In this document: piece by piece, positions 27,824 through 37,970 of the stretch | How the letters are laid out: each line of letters begins with the position of its first letter | Position numbering within the stretch: position 1 is the stretch's first letter | Source: Planctomycetota bacterium | Lineage (GTDB): Bacteria; Planctomycetota; UBA1135; GCA-002686595 | Length of the DNA: 64,000 nt | NCBI GenBank assembly: GCA_947484275.1 | Contig: CANKOY010000017.1 | Coordinates: 1 to 64,000, forward strand | Direction of reading: 5' to 3' | Position numbers and translations under genes: made by a program | The notes under the pieces: generated by a model | The model's database searches: none | What the model saw: the letters and a program-made list of their open reading frames with translations, nothing else | Told to the model about the DNA's origin: nothing

Positions 27824-29731
27824 ATGAACAAACGCTTCCTCACCCTGGGCGGCCTGGGCATCGCGGCCGCAATGCTGATTTCGATCAACGTGGTCTCGAA
27901 CGCGACCCTGCGCTCGACGCGCGTCGATTTGACCGAGGACAAGCTGTTCACGCTCTCAGCCGGGGCAATCAACATTCTCGGCAACCTGAAAGAGAGCGTG
28001 ACGCTGCGCCTGTACTACTCGCACAAGGTCGGCGGCGACATCGCCTCGATCGCGAAGTATGCGCAGCGCGTCGAAGAACTGCTGCGAGAGATGACGGTGC
28101 ACTCCAAGGGCAAGCTGACGCTCGAGGTGATCGACCCCGAGCCCTTCAGCGAAACCGAGGACCGCGCGGTGCAATTCGGTCTGAAGGGCGTGCAGGTCGC
28201 GCCGGGCCAGGACCTGTTGTACTTCGGCCTCGCGGGCACGAACACGACCGATGAAAAGGACGTGATTCCGTTCCTGCAGCCGGACAAGGAGGCGTTCATC
28301 GAGTACGACGTCACCAAGTTGGTTTTCTCGCTGTCGAACCCGACGAAGAAAGTGCTCGGCATGCTCAGCACGCTTCCGCTCGACGGCGCCATGGCCAATC
28401 CCATGACGCGCGGCCCCGGCGCCGAGCCCTGGCTTGTGGTGGAGCAGATGCGCGAGTTGTACGAGGTCAAGACCGTGCAACCGAACGCGAAGGAGATTCC
28501 CTCCGAAATCAGCGTGTTGATGGTCGTGCACCCCAAGGCTCTCGGTCAGGAGACGCTGTTCGCCCTCGATCAGTACGTGCTCGGCGGCGGGCGCCTGATG
28601 GTGTTCGTCGATCCGTTCTGCGAAGCGGATCAACCGCCCCAGGACCCGAGTGATCCTATGTCGCAGTTCAAGGCCCAGCGCGGCTCGGACCTCGGTCTGC
28701 TGTTCAGCGCCTGGGGCGTGCAACTGGAAGCGGGCAAGATCGCCGCGGACCTCGACAACTCGTTGCGGGTGCAGTTCTCGAACCGCTCACGGGATGACTC
28801 CGGAAAATACGTGGTCTGGCTCGACCTGAATTCGAGCACGCTCTCCAAGGAGACGGTGGTCACCGATCAGATCAAGTCCATGAATCTGATCTCGGCTGGC
28901 GTGCTCTCACAACCGGCGGAGGCGACAACCAAGTTCACGCCGTTGATTTCCACCGGAGACAAGGCCTCCACGGTCCTGGTGTCATCGGTGCAGTTCCAGG
29001 CGGATCCGAAAACGCTGCTCAATGACTACATGGCGGGCGACAAGGCCCTGACCTTGGCCGCGCACATCACTGGCAATGTCAAGACGGCCTTCCCCGGCGG
29101 ACGGCCGAAGGCGCCGGAGAGCATGGACGAAGTTCCCACACCTGCGCCCGCGGAAGGAACGGTGCTGACGGAATCCAAGTCGCCGATCAGCGTGATCGTG
29201 GTCAGCGACTGCGACATGCTCCAGGACCGCTGGGCCTTCAGTTCACAGAACATCGGTGGCATGCGCTTCGCTTCCCCGGCCAACGGAAACATGGCCTTCG
29301 TCTCGAACTCCGTGGACTTCCTCGAGGGCTCCACTGATCTGGTCAGCCTGCGCAGCCGCGGTAGTTCGCGCCGGCCCTTCGAGGTCGTCGAAGCCCTGAA
29401 AACGGCCGCCGATCAACGCTTCCGCGCGCGCGAGCAGGCACTACTGACGAAGTCCGACGATGCTTCGAAGCGCATCGAGGAACTGCTGAGCAAGCGCCAG
29501 GGCGCCAGCTTCGACCTCCTCTCGGCCGACGTGCAGGTGGAGATCGAGAAGCTGCGCGAGGATCAGCTGAGCGCGCGCAAGGAGCTGCGCGAGGTGCGCC
29601 TCTCGCTAAACAAAGACATCGAGAGCCTGGGCTCGCGGGTAAAGATGATCAACATTGCCCTGATCCCGGCGCTCCTGGTGGCGTTTGCCCTGGGGCTCTC
29701 GCGTTGGCAACGTTTGCGGCGCAAGTCCTAG
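27824..29731 (+). CDS. GldG-like ABC-transporter auxiliary component (COG3225 family).
   Basis: 635 aa with N- and C-terminal TM anchors and a large periplasmic domain. The gene order matches GldG-type auxiliary proteins. Confidence 0.7.
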   Translation: MNKRFLTLGGLGIAAAMLISINVVSNATLRSTRVDLTEDKLFTLSAGAINILGNLKESVTLRLYYSHKVGGDIASIAKYAQRVEELLREMTVHSKGKLTLEVIDPEPFSETEDRAVQFGLKGVQVAPGQDLLYFGLAGTNTTDEKDVIPFLQPDKEAFIEYDVTKLVFSLSNPTKKVLGMLSTLPLDGAMANPMTRGPGAEPWLVVEQMRELYEVKTVQPNAKEIPSEISVLMVVHPKALGQETLFALDQYVLGGGRLMVFVDPFCEADQPPQDPSDPMSQFKAQRGSDLGLLFSAWGVQLEAGKIAADLDNSLRVQFSNRSRDDSGKYVVWLDLNSSTLSKETVVTDQIKSMNLISAGVLSQPAEATTKFTPLISTGDKASTVLVSSVQFQADPKTLLNDYMAGDKALTLAAHITGNVKTAFPGGRPKAPESMDEVPTPAPAEGTVLTESKSPISVIVVSDCDMLQDRWAFSSQNIGGMRFASPANGNMAFVSNSVDFLEGSTDLVSLRSRGSSRRPFEVVEALKTAADQRFRAREQALLTKSDDASKRIEELLSKRQGASFDLLSADVQVEIEKLREDQLSARKELREVRLSLNKDIESLGSRVKMINIALIPALLVAFALGLSRWQRLRRKS

Positions 29732-29747
29732 TTTACGGAGGCACAGC

Positions 29748-31025
29748 ATGAACGCACGCACACTCCAAGTCATGACGATCGTGGCGCTCGGCGCAGCCGG
29801 CGCGGCGTGGTACGTCTCGCGCACCACCAGCTCGAGCGCGGCCAAAGCCGCCTCGAACGGCGCGCTGTTCTTCCCTGAACTGGCGGCGAAGTCTGCCGCT
29901 GTCCAGTCGATCCTCGTGCAGTCCAAGGGTCAGAGCTTCACCCTTCAGAAGCAGGGCGACACCTGGGGAATGACCGACAAGGGCGGCTATGCCGTCAACT
30001 TCGACAAGGTGAAGGATCTGGTGTCGAAGCTCGCCTACTTCGCGGTCCTCGAGAAGAAGACCGACTCACCCGAACTTTTCGGCAAGCTCGAGCTGGAAGA
30101 CGCGGGCGCCGAGGGCGCGAAATCGACGCGCGTAACGCTCTCCGATGCTTCGGGCACGGCGCTCGCCGACATTCTGCTGGGCAAGAACGCCAGCGGCGGC
30201 GGTCCGGGCTTGTCGTCGATGTATGTGCGCCGTCCGGGCGAGAACCAGACCTACGAGGTCAACGGTTCGGTGTACATCGACGGCACGGCGAGCAATTGGC
30301 TCGACAAACAGATCGTCAAACTCGAGCGCGCACGCGTGCACCGCGCCGAAACGCTGCGCGGTGACGGCGAACGCCTGCTGATCTCCAAGGCGTCGCCCGA
30401 TGAAAAGAACTTCTCGGTCCAAGATCTTCCGGCGGGCGCGGAGCTGAAGTGGCCCGGCGTGGCTGACGGAATCGCCGGCGCCATGGAGTACCTGAATTTC
30501 GACGACGTTCAGGCCGCGGGCGCAGTGGATTTTGGCGCGCCGCAGAGTTCCACGATGACCCTGCGGACATTCGATGGACTCGAAGTCACGGTCAAGGTGA
30601 TCGAGCAAGAGGGCAAGTTCTATGCGCAGTTCGGTGCGCGCTTCGATCCGAGTTTGCGGGTCGAGGTGGTGAAGTACGAACTCCCGCAGGTCGGCCCCGA
30701 ACTGCCCGCCACGGACCCGGCGGCGGACCCCGCCGCGGCGCAACCGGTGGAAACTCGCTCCGTGCCCGGCAAGTCCGCGGAAGAGGTCGCCAAGGAAGCC
30801 GCTGAGCTGTCCGAGCGCTTTTCCAAGTGGACCTACGTGCTCCCGGGCTACGCCGCCTCGAACTTCTCCAAGTCCATGGGCGAGATGCTCAAGGAAGTCG
30901 GTCCGCCATTGGGCCCCGTGATCGGAGACGGCGACGTCGACGGGGGCGACGAAGGCGGAATCCAAGACCCAACCGAGGTCCCCCCCGCGGAAGTGCCTCC
31001 CCCGCCCACCGGCGGCGGCCAATGA
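29748..31025 (+). CDS. DUF4340-like protein, the frequent fourth gene of GldA/F/G-type ABC operons.
   Basis: N-terminal TM/signal. Approximately 425 aa periplasmic protein with a Pro/Glu/Asp-rich C-terminus. Its position directly after the GldG-like gene matches the common DUF4340 arrangement. Start taken at the ATG at 29748. Confidence 0.55.
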   Translation: MNARTLQVMTIVALGAAGAAWYVSRTTSSSAAKAASNGALFFPELAAKSAAVQSILVQSKGQSFTLQKQGDTWGMTDKGGYAVNFDKVKDLVSKLAYFAVLEKKTDSPELFGKLELEDAGAEGAKSTRVTLSDASGTALADILLGKNASGGGPGLSSMYVRRPGENQTYEVNGSVYIDGTASNWLDKQIVKLERARVHRAETLRGDGERLLISKASPDEKNFSVQDLPAGAELKWPGVADGIAGAMEYLNFDDVQAAGAVDFGAPQSSTMTLRTFDGLEVTVKVIEQEGKFYAQFGARFDPSLRVEVVKYELPQVGPELPATDPAADPAAAQPVETRSVPGKSAEEVAKEAAELSERFSKWTYVLPGYAASNFSKSMGEMLKEVGPPLGPVIGDGDVDGGDEGGIQDPTEVPPAEVPPPPTGGGQ

Positions 31026-31771
31026 TCGAGCGCGAGATCCACGGCGACGTCGCCGTGCTGCGCCTCGCCCACGGCAAGGCCAGCGCACTGGACCTCGAGT
31101 TCCTCGGTGCACTGGAGTCTGCGTTTCGCGCCGAGCAGGACTCGAAAGAGCGCGCGCTGGTGCTCACCGGCACGGGCTCGATTTTCTCAGCCGGCGTAGA
31201 TCTCAAGCGCATCGTCGAGGGCCGGCGCGCCTACATCGAGGCCTTCTTGCCCGCGCTGGAGCGCGCCTTCGCGCAGCTGTTTTTCCTCGAGAAGCCCGTG
31301 GTGGCGGCGATCAACGGCCACGCGATCGCCGGCGGCGCTGTGCTGGCCCTGTGCTGCGACCACCGTCTCTTGGCGCGCGGCAAAGGGCTCGTGGGCACGC
31401 CAGAGTTGAAAGTCGGAGTGCCGTTTCCCTATCTGGCCCTGGAGATTGTGCGCGCGGCCGTGGGCCCGTTGGTCGCGGCCGAGCTCGTGCTCGAAGGCCG
31501 CACCTACAACGGCGAAGAATCCCTGGAGCGCGGGCTGGCCCATGAGTTGCTCGGCCCCGAAGCGCTGCTTTCGCGCGCCCTCGACAGTGCGGCGAAGCTC
31601 GCGGCCACGCCGCCGAATTCCTACGCCTTGACCAAACGTTTCCTGCGCCTGCCCGCGCGCGTGGCCTGGGAGCACGAGCGCGAGCGCAACGCCGCGGCGA
31701 TCCTCGACAACTGGTGCAGCGACGCGACCCTTGGCGCCATCGACGCCTACGTGGCAAAGACACTGCGCTAG
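31022..31771 (+). CDS. Enoyl-CoA hydratase/isomerase (crotonase) family protein.
   Basis: The crotonase fold motifs GSIFSAGVDLK and AAINGHAIAGGAVLALCCDHRL are present. There is an ATGA overlap with the preceding gene. Confidence 0.85.
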   Translation: MIEREIHGDVAVLRLAHGKASALDLEFLGALESAFRAEQDSKERALVLTGTGSIFSAGVDLKRIVEGRRAYIEAFLPALERAFAQLFFLEKPVVAAINGHAIAGGAVLALCCDHRLLARGKGLVGTPELKVGVPFPYLALEIVRAAVGPLVAAELVLEGRTYNGEESLERGLAHELLGPEALLSRALDSAAKLAATPPNSYALTKRFLRLPARVAWEHERERNAAAILDNWCSDATLGAIDAYVAKTLR

Positions 31772-31783
31772 AAAAGCGTCGCA

Positions 31784-31818
31784 GCCGCACTCAGCCGCGC
31801 AGGGCGACTGAATGCGGC
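31784..31818. terminator. Candidate bidirectional hairpin terminator between convergent genes.
   Basis: gccgcactcag N13 ctgaatgcggc is an 11 bp stem with one mismatch, lying between the enoyl-CoA hydratase stop (31771) and the convergent LVIVD gene stop (31840). There is no T-tract. Confidence 0.3.
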
Positions 31819-31839
31819 CGCGAGTTGCTTCTGGCCTGC

Positions 31840-33903
31840 TCAGGGCGCGATTTGCGCTTCGAGCGCGTTGGTCAACGTCGCGTTGTTCGGCGCGGCGAAT
31901 CCCTGGTCGCGGCCCCAGAACTGGGTGCGCACTGTGTTGCCAACCACCTGCAAGCCCGGATCGCCCGTGCCGCCGGTGATGAAGGCGTTCAAGTCGAGCG
32001 TGTACACCCCGCTGCAGTCATTGCCCGTGGGATTGCCGCCCGAATTGAGCGCCGACGAGCGGCGAACAGGGCTGGCCACGCACAGCGTGCCTCCGGAGAA
32101 CGGCGCCGCGGCGCGACCGGTCAGGCTGTACATCAAGAGCCCCGGCTTGTTGTTGCGCACGTTCGTGCCGCGGACCGTGAAGCCGCTGCCCGCGCTGACG
32201 GACGGATTGCTGCCGATGAAACCGATCGACGGCGTGCAGCCCAGTGAGTTCACCTTCGGCGTGCAGTACACAACCGGCGGCGTGGTGCAGATCGACGCAG
32301 TGGATGTGTGGAACGCGGTGGGTGCGTCCTCGGGGCTCGACCAGACGATTCCGTTGCTGGCCGTGGTGCCGGTCACGTAGTACTGGAAGGTCGTGTTGCA
32401 GGCCACCGCCGGAAAATTCGCGTCGTAGAGTCCCCCGCCGAGCGCCACCAGGGGCACGCTGATCCAGTTGCCGGTCGTGCGATACCAAAGGCGCTCGGTG
32501 CCAGCGGTCAAAAGGCCCGCCTGGGACTGGTTGATCTGCACGCGCAGGCTGTGTCCCAGGTTGGAAACGGCCGCGGGTTGACCGTTGGGGAACGAAAAGG
32601 TGAGTTGGTGCGCGCCGACCCACCACACGAACAGGCCGCTCTCCAAGTCGGAGCCGGTGACCACGCCACCGGGGTGGAACGGATAGACGTTCCAAAGCCC
32701 GTTGTAGGTCGGGTTGTCGTCCGTGGTGCGCGTGTCGAACCAGGCGATTTCGGGAGGATTGTTCGGATTCTGCGCCAGGTCGTAGACGCGCACTCCGCTG
32801 GTGTACGCGGCCTGGAACAGCTTTGTCCCCAGGGTGTACTCGTTGTGCGGAATGGCCGAATTGCCATTGTTGAAGGAGCCGAGGAACACGGGCGCCGATG
32901 TGCCCAGACCCGAGATGTCAAAGACGTGGTTGATCGTCGGACCGCCGAGGTTGGGCACGTAGAGTTCGTCGTTGAGGTACAGGCGCGACTTGTCGGCGGA
33001 CAGCGTGCACTGATGGCCGTACTGACCGTTCGGCCAGGTGATGCGCGGCGTCACCGCTGTGATGTTGGCCTTGTTGGTTACATCGAGGATATCGACGCCG
33101 GTGTTCGCCCAACCGCCGTTATCGCCGCCGCAGGCGAAGGCGATCTCTTTGCCCGCGAGCGGACCGCTGGTGTAGTTCACCAGGGTGACTTCGTGTGTGT
33201 ACCGAGAGGACCAGGACGCCACGTACAACGGCGCCGCGGGGTTGGGATTCAGGTTGTAGATCCGCAGACCGTTCGAACCTCCGCCGGAGCGATAGAGGTA
33301 TCCGGTTTGAGTGTTGATCTCCATCGAGTGTGTCGCCGCAGGCGACGGGCCCGAGGTAATCGTGTTCACCAGGGTGACGACGCCACTGTCGATGTTCGCC
33401 AGATCGATCACCTGGATGCCGCCGCCGCCCTCGCTCACTGCGTAGGCGTAGTGCGAGAACACGCGCACGTCGCGCCACAGACTGTCTGGTCCCGCGATGT
33501 AGCCGACGTTCACGGTTTGCCCCGGCGCCGTGATCTCAGCGAACCCGGTGCCGCCGTAGAGCCCCATCAATGCGTAGCGCCGACCCGAGGCGGAAACGTA
33601 GCCCCAGCCGGAATTGCCGTTCTGCTGGTTCGCGCCCCAGGTGTTCAGGGGCAGCCACGACAGGAGCTTGACGTTGAATGAACTGAACGGCGACGAACTG
33701 TAGGAACCGGAACTGCCGGGGCCGGCGGGCACGAATCCAGGCAAAGGCGCGCCCAGCGGGCCCAGGGGGCTGTGGTACCCGGGCCCCGTGTAGGGCGCGC
33801 GGCGATCAAGCACCTTTCCGTCGCCATCGTGGGCGCCAACTAGGGCGCCGAGGGTCATGGCAGCTGCCAAGGCGAGGAACAGGTTGCGGGGTGAACCGAT
33901 CAT
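31840..33903 (-). CDS. Secreted LVIVD-repeat beta-propeller protein carrying a approximately 150 aa Cys-rich C-terminal domain of unrecognised type.
   Basis: Signal peptide ([24 protein letters not shown]). LVIVD-like repeats ([39 protein letters not shown]). The C-terminal 150 aa are approximately 65% identical to the C-terminus of the 46741..48726 protein. Confidence 0.75.
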   Translation of the reverse strand: MIGSPRNLFLALAAAMTLGALVGAHDGDGKVLDRRAPYTGPGYHSPLGPLGAPLPGFVPAGPGSSGSYSSSPFSSFNVKLLSWLPLNTWGANQQNGNSGWGYVSASGRRYALMGLYGGTGFAEITAPGQTVNVGYIAGPDSLWRDVRVFSHYAYAVSEGGGGIQVIDLANIDSGVVTLVNTITSGPSPAATHSMEINTQTGYLYRSGGGSNGLRIYNLNPNPAAPLYVASWSSRYTHEVTLVNYTSGPLAGKEIAFACGGDNGGWANTGVDILDVTNKANITAVTPRITWPNGQYGHQCTLSADKSRLYLNDELYVPNLGGPTINHVFDISGLGTSAPVFLGSFNNGNSAIPHNEYTLGTKLFQAAYTSGVRVYDLAQNPNNPPEIAWFDTRTTDDNPTYNGLWNVYPFHPGGVVTGSDLESGLFVWWVGAHQLTFSFPNGQPAAVSNLGHSLRVQINQSQAGLLTAGTERLWYRTTGNWISVPLVALGGGLYDANFPAVACNTTFQYYVTGTTASNGIVWSSPEDAPTAFHTSTASICTTPPVVYCTPKVNSLGCTPSIGFIGSNPSVSAGSGFTVRGTNVRNNKPGLLMYSLTGRAAAPFSGGTLCVASPVRRSSALNSGGNPTGNDCSGVYTLDLNAFITGGTGDPGLQVVGNTVRTQFWGRDQGFAAPNNATLTNALEAQIAP

Positions 33904-34276
33904 GGAAGGGCTCCTGCGGTGCGAATCGGGTAGGGGCAATCGCGAGTATGTCGCCCCTGGATCCTACACCCTGGGACGGTTCGTCAATGATTCGTGAAGA
34001 CTCTGTCAGCCGGGCCATTCGGTGCAGGAGCGCAAATCCCAGTCAGGCAGGGCTCCGCCTGTTGGATGTCGAGCCCCTCGCGGACTCGATCCCCTGGGAC
34101 GCTGGTCTCGGTCGGGTGCCGGAGGAAAGAGGGCCCGCAGCTCCACTAGGGAGTACTCGCTGCGTCTGGACGAAAGGACGGCCCTGGGTTCATGAAGCCC
34201 TTCGGCGCCTGTGGAATCGATCCCGCCCGCAGGCCCGGGTGGATTTGCTGCGGAGCCCCCGGTAGCGTGCGGCCCA

Positions 34277-34939
34277 ATGACGCCTTCCCCCAGCGCGCCG
34301 ACGTTCCGCGACCTGATCGCCTTCGAAGAGCGTTCGGATCGAGTTCGGTTCCTGGAGCGTACTTTCCACGGGATCGTCCGCGGCAGGGTCCTCGACGTCG
34401 GCTGCGACGTGCGACACCTGAAACAGCTGCGCCCCGATCTCGACTACATCGGAATCGACGTGGGCGGCCAACCCGACCTGACGATCGACCTGGAGGCGAC
34501 GGAGCGCTTGCCCTTTGGCGATCGCGATTTCGACCTGGTGATCTGCTCGGAGGTGCTCGAGCACCTAGACGCCTTGCACCGTGTGTTTGCTGAGCTCGTG
34601 CGCGTGTCGCGTTCGAAGATCCTGATTTCGTTGCCCAACTGCTGGACCGCGGCGCGCAAGCCGCTCTCGCGCGGAAAAGGAAGCATCGGCCACTACGGAT
34701 TGCCGTTGCGGCGTCCGCCGGACCGACACAAGTGGTTCTTCTCGCTCACCGAGGCGCGTGCTTTTTGCCAGTCGATGGCCGAGCAGCACGGCTTGTCCGT
34801 GATTGAAACGCGCATCAGTGAGAAACCTCGGCCCGCAGTGGTTCGCTTCCTGCGCCATATGCGCCACCCCGTCGCAGATCGTTACGACAATCTCTTTGCC
34901 CACACTTATTGGGTCGTGTTCGAGCGCAAGGGAAGCTGA
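34277..34939 (+). CDS. Class I SAM-dependent methyltransferase (Methyltransf_11/23-like). The start may be the ATG at 34211.
   Basis: Motif I VLDVGCDVRHL. Acidic motif II IGIDV. Motif IV-like LVICSEVLEHLDA. Confidence 0.65.
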   Translation: MTPSPSAPTFRDLIAFEERSDRVRFLERTFHGIVRGRVLDVGCDVRHLKQLRPDLDYIGIDVGGQPDLTIDLEATERLPFGDRDFDLVICSEVLEHLDALHRVFAELVRVSRSKILISLPNCWTAARKPLSRGKGSIGHYGLPLRRPPDRHKWFFSLTEARAFCQSMAEQHGLSVIETRISEKPRPAVVRFLRHMRHPVADRYDNLFAHTYWVVFERKGS

Positions 34940-34988
34940 CCCCTCAGACGGCTCGGAACTTTGCCGCAGTGGCCCCCTGGCCGTCCTT

Positions 34989-37076
34989 CTAGAAACTGCT
35001 GGTCACCTCGAGTTCGCGGGCCTCCGCCAGCAAGCGCGCCGCTTCTCGCACGGCGTCCTGGGTGCCCGACAGGGCGATAACGTCGCCGCTGCGCAGGACC
35101 TCCTCGTCCTCGGGCTGCACCAGAACCACCCCTTCGCGGTCGATGGCCACGACGCAGGCCCCTGTGCGGGCCTGAAGGTCGAGGGCATCGAGACTGCGTC
35201 CCACGGCCAACGACTGTGAGGAGAGCCCGAGCATGGAGAGGTGTCCGATCCCGGGCAGCATTTGTTCCAGGTCCTCGATGCTCGGCGTCGGGATTGTCGC
35301 CCCCGTGCGCGTCAGAGCAGCGGCGATGATCTGGGCGCCCGCCTGCACGTGCCCTTCGAGTTCGTTGGCGCGTCGCCAGAAGGAAAACGCCAGGGCCCCG
35401 AGCACCAGGGACAACACGATCAGTCCACCCAGCGGCGGCACGAATGGTTGGGTGATCGCCTGGACCATCAACCCCGCCACGAGCACGATGCCGCACTCCA
35501 GTGCAATGGCCAGTGCGCGCCGGGGCGTGTAGGCCGGATCCACTCGGGTCGCTTCGGGCAGGGGCAGCGCGGACTCCGCGATCAGGCCGCCGATACGCGC
35601 GCCCATCCGCAACAATCCCAGGCCGAATGGCAGGGAAGCCAGTGTTGCGCAGCCGACGATCAGACCGCGCACGAGATCGGGACGATCGCCGATCTGCCGC
35701 GAGAGCAGTCCGCCCAATTCCTCGTGCCAGATGGCAGCGTTCGCGATGACTCCGGCGAGCAGCAGCACGTCGGCCGCAAGCCAGGCGAACATGCGCCACA
35801 GGCGGCGCCGCGGCAGTGGATTCTGTTTGCCCGCGCGCCAACCCTCGAGCCACGTGGCGTACAGCGAAACAAAGGTCCGCATGCGCTCTGGCAAATTGCG
35901 CTCGAAGGCCTCGGCGATCCACGGAGAGGCCCGCACGAGCCAGGGGTTGAGCATGGCCGCCAGCACAGCGACCGCCACGGCGACTGGGTAGAGGAACTCG
36001 CCGACTGCACCGCTTTGCACGCCGACGGCAGCGATGATGAATGAGAATTCGCCGATCTGAGCCAGGGTCAGACCCGCGCGCACGGATTCGTGAATGCCAT
36101 GTCCCGTGAGGAAGGCCCCGAGAAACACAGCGCCGGCCCGGCCCACGAGAACGACGGCTAGCAAGGCAAACACGGCGCCGAGGTTCTCAACCACCAGCGC
36201 GGGATCGAGCAGCATTCCGACCGAGACGAAAAACACCGCAGCGAACAGATCGCGAAGCGGAGTGATCAGAGTGCCGATCCGGCCCCCGGCGCCGGACTCT
36301 GCTACGAGCATGCCCGCCAAGAACGCGCCCAGGGCCACGGAATATCCGGCCGCGTGGGCGAGCCAGGAGAATGCAAAGCACAGACCGACGGAGGCAACCA
36401 CGTTGACTTCCGGGCTGGCCACGCGCGCCACGGCGCGCACCATGGGCGGCACGACGTACATCCCCACGGCCACCAGTGCCGCGAGGAAACCCGATAGGCG
36501 CGCCACGGTCCAGCTCAGTTCGCTGGCGGACACGTCGCTGCCGGAGGCCACCGCAGTCAGCACCGCCAGTAGCAGCACGACGACGAGGTCCTCGATGACC
36601 ATCACGCCAAACACGAGTTCGCGGAATTCTGGCCTGGACTTCGAGTCGCGCAGGGCTCGCTCCACCAGCATCGAGCTGGAGATCACCAAGGTCGCGGCCG
36701 CGAAAATGGATTCCAGCGGCGTCCAGCCAAAGGCCTGCCCCACCAGAAATCCCGCCGCGAACAAAAGCGGCACTGAGACGGCGACCATGGCCCCCGCAGT
36801 GGGCAAGAGGCGCGTGAACCGTCTCAGGGTGAAACCCAGGCCGATGGAGAACATCAGCAGCGTGACGCCAAGCTCCGAGAGCACGCGCACGTTTTCCACG
36901 TTCGCGTTGAAAATCAGGGTCACATGGGGCCCCACCAGTACTCCAGCCAGCAGGTAGCCCAGGACCAGGGGCTGACGCAGTCGGTGACAGAGGACGGCGG
37001 TCAAGGCCGCGGTGCAACACACCAGCGCCAAGTCCTCCATGGGGTTGTGGGTGCCCATTCCCGCGCACGATAGCAC
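34989..37076 (-). CDS. Cation:proton antiporter, CPA2 family (KefB/YbaL-like), with a C-terminal TrkA-C (RCK_C) domain.
   Basis: About 12 TM helices with the Na_H_Exchanger signature. The C-terminal ...VVAIDREGVVLVQPEDEEVLRSGDVIALSGTQDAV... is an RCK_C-like domain. Confidence 0.85.
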   Translation of the reverse strand: MLSCAGMGTHNPMEDLALVCCTAALTAVLCHRLRQPLVLGYLLAGVLVGPHVTLIFNANVENVRVLSELGVTLLMFSIGLGFTLRRFTRLLPTAGAMVAVSVPLLFAAGFLVGQAFGWTPLESIFAAATLVISSSMLVERALRDSKSRPEFRELVFGVMVIEDLVVVLLLAVLTAVASGSDVSASELSWTVARLSGFLAALVAVGMYVVPPMVRAVARVASPEVNVVASVGLCFAFSWLAHAAGYSVALGAFLAGMLVAESGAGGRIGTLITPLRDLFAAVFFVSVGMLLDPALVVENLGAVFALLAVVLVGRAGAVFLGAFLTGHGIHESVRAGLTLAQIGEFSFIIAAVGVQSGAVGEFLYPVAVAVAVLAAMLNPWLVRASPWIAEAFERNLPERMRTFVSLYATWLEGWRAGKQNPLPRRRLWRMFAWLAADVLLLAGVIANAAIWHEELGGLLSRQIGDRPDLVRGLIVGCATLASLPFGLGLLRMGARIGGLIAESALPLPEATRVDPAYTPRRALAIALECGIVLVAGLMVQAITQPFVPPLGGLIVLSLVLGALAFSFWRRANELEGHVQAGAQIIAAALTRTGATIPTPSIEDLEQMLPGIGHLSMLGLSSQSLAVGRSLDALDLQARTGACVVAIDREGVVLVQPEDEEVLRSGDVIALSGTQDAVREAARLLAEARELEVTSSF

Positions 37077-37217
37077 GGCTAGGCGCCGACGAAGCTCAGC
37101 AGTGCTCGCGATTGTCGTCGCGGCGGCGCGAGTTCAGACTAGACGCGCGATCGGTTGCTGCCGATCGTGAATCCACACCCTGCGAACGTCCGGGAATCCC
37201 GGCGCTGAGGAACGCGA

Positions 37218-37970
37218 ATGGCGGCGCTGAATCAACCGGAAGTCAAAGTGACCCAGGACGCTATGGCCGCGGCGCAGGCCTGCGCGGTGTCGATCGTGGC
37301 CGCGGCCCGCTCGGCCATCGCGGCGCGCGGAAAGTTCACGCTGGCGATCACCGGCGGTTCGACGCCACTGGCCACGTACGAAATCCTGGCCAAACAGCAC
37401 GCCGACGATCTGGATTGGAAGCGCGTGCATTTCTTCGTCGGCGATGAGCGCCTAGTCCCCTACGACGACCCGCGCTCGAACTACGGCGTCGCCCGCAGCG
37501 TGTGGCTGGGCCGACTCGCGCTCCCGACGCAGGTGCTGCATCCGATGCCCGTGGACTTGGACGACGACGGTGCCGCGCGCAGCTACGAGCGCGAGCTGCG
37601 TTCCGTGGCGCCCGAGGGACTGGACTTCGTGATGCTCGGACTGGGCGACGACGGACACACGGCGTCGCTGTTCCCGGGGCGCATCGACGGCCTGCCGCCT
37701 GCGCGCTGGGTCGTCGCGGCCAAGGCGCCGGCCACCAGTCCCGTGGAGCGCCGACTGACTTTGACCTTCGCTGCCTTTCAAGCTGCGCGCGAAGTCGTCT
37801 TCCAGGTCTGCGGCTCCAGCAAGTCGCCGTTGGTGGCGGACGTGCTCGCGGGCCGCGGTCGGCACCCGGCGGAACAGGTGCGCGCGAGGGAGCGCCTCTT
37901 GTGGATCCTCGACACCGCCGCAGCGCGGCAATGGCTCGCCGAACGACCTAGGGGCCCCGTTGCTTCTTGA
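37218..37970 (+). CDS. pgl: 6-phosphogluconolactonase.
   Basis: FTLAITGGSTP, HFFVGDERLVP and GLGDDGHTASLFPG motifs are typical of the DevB/Pgl family. A GAGGA RBS lies 7 nt upstream. Confidence 0.85.
   Translation: MAALNQPEVKVTQDAMAAAQACAVSIVAAARSAIAARGKFTLAITGGSTPLATYEILAKQHADDLDWKRVHFFVGDERLVPYDDPRSNYGVARSVWLGRLALPTQVLHPMPVDLDDDGAARSYERELRSVAPEGLDFVMLGLGDDGHTASLFPGRIDGLPPARWVVAAKAPATSPVERRLTLTFAAFQAAREVVFQVCGSSKSPLVADVLAGRGRHPAEQVRARERLLWILDTAAARQWLAERPRGPVAS

Noticed and set aside
35241-36957. Several 267-293 aa ORFs on both strands inside the CPA2 antiporter gene
   Set aside because: The antiporter frame gives a coherent 12-TM protein with an RCK_C domain. The alternatives are low-complexity.
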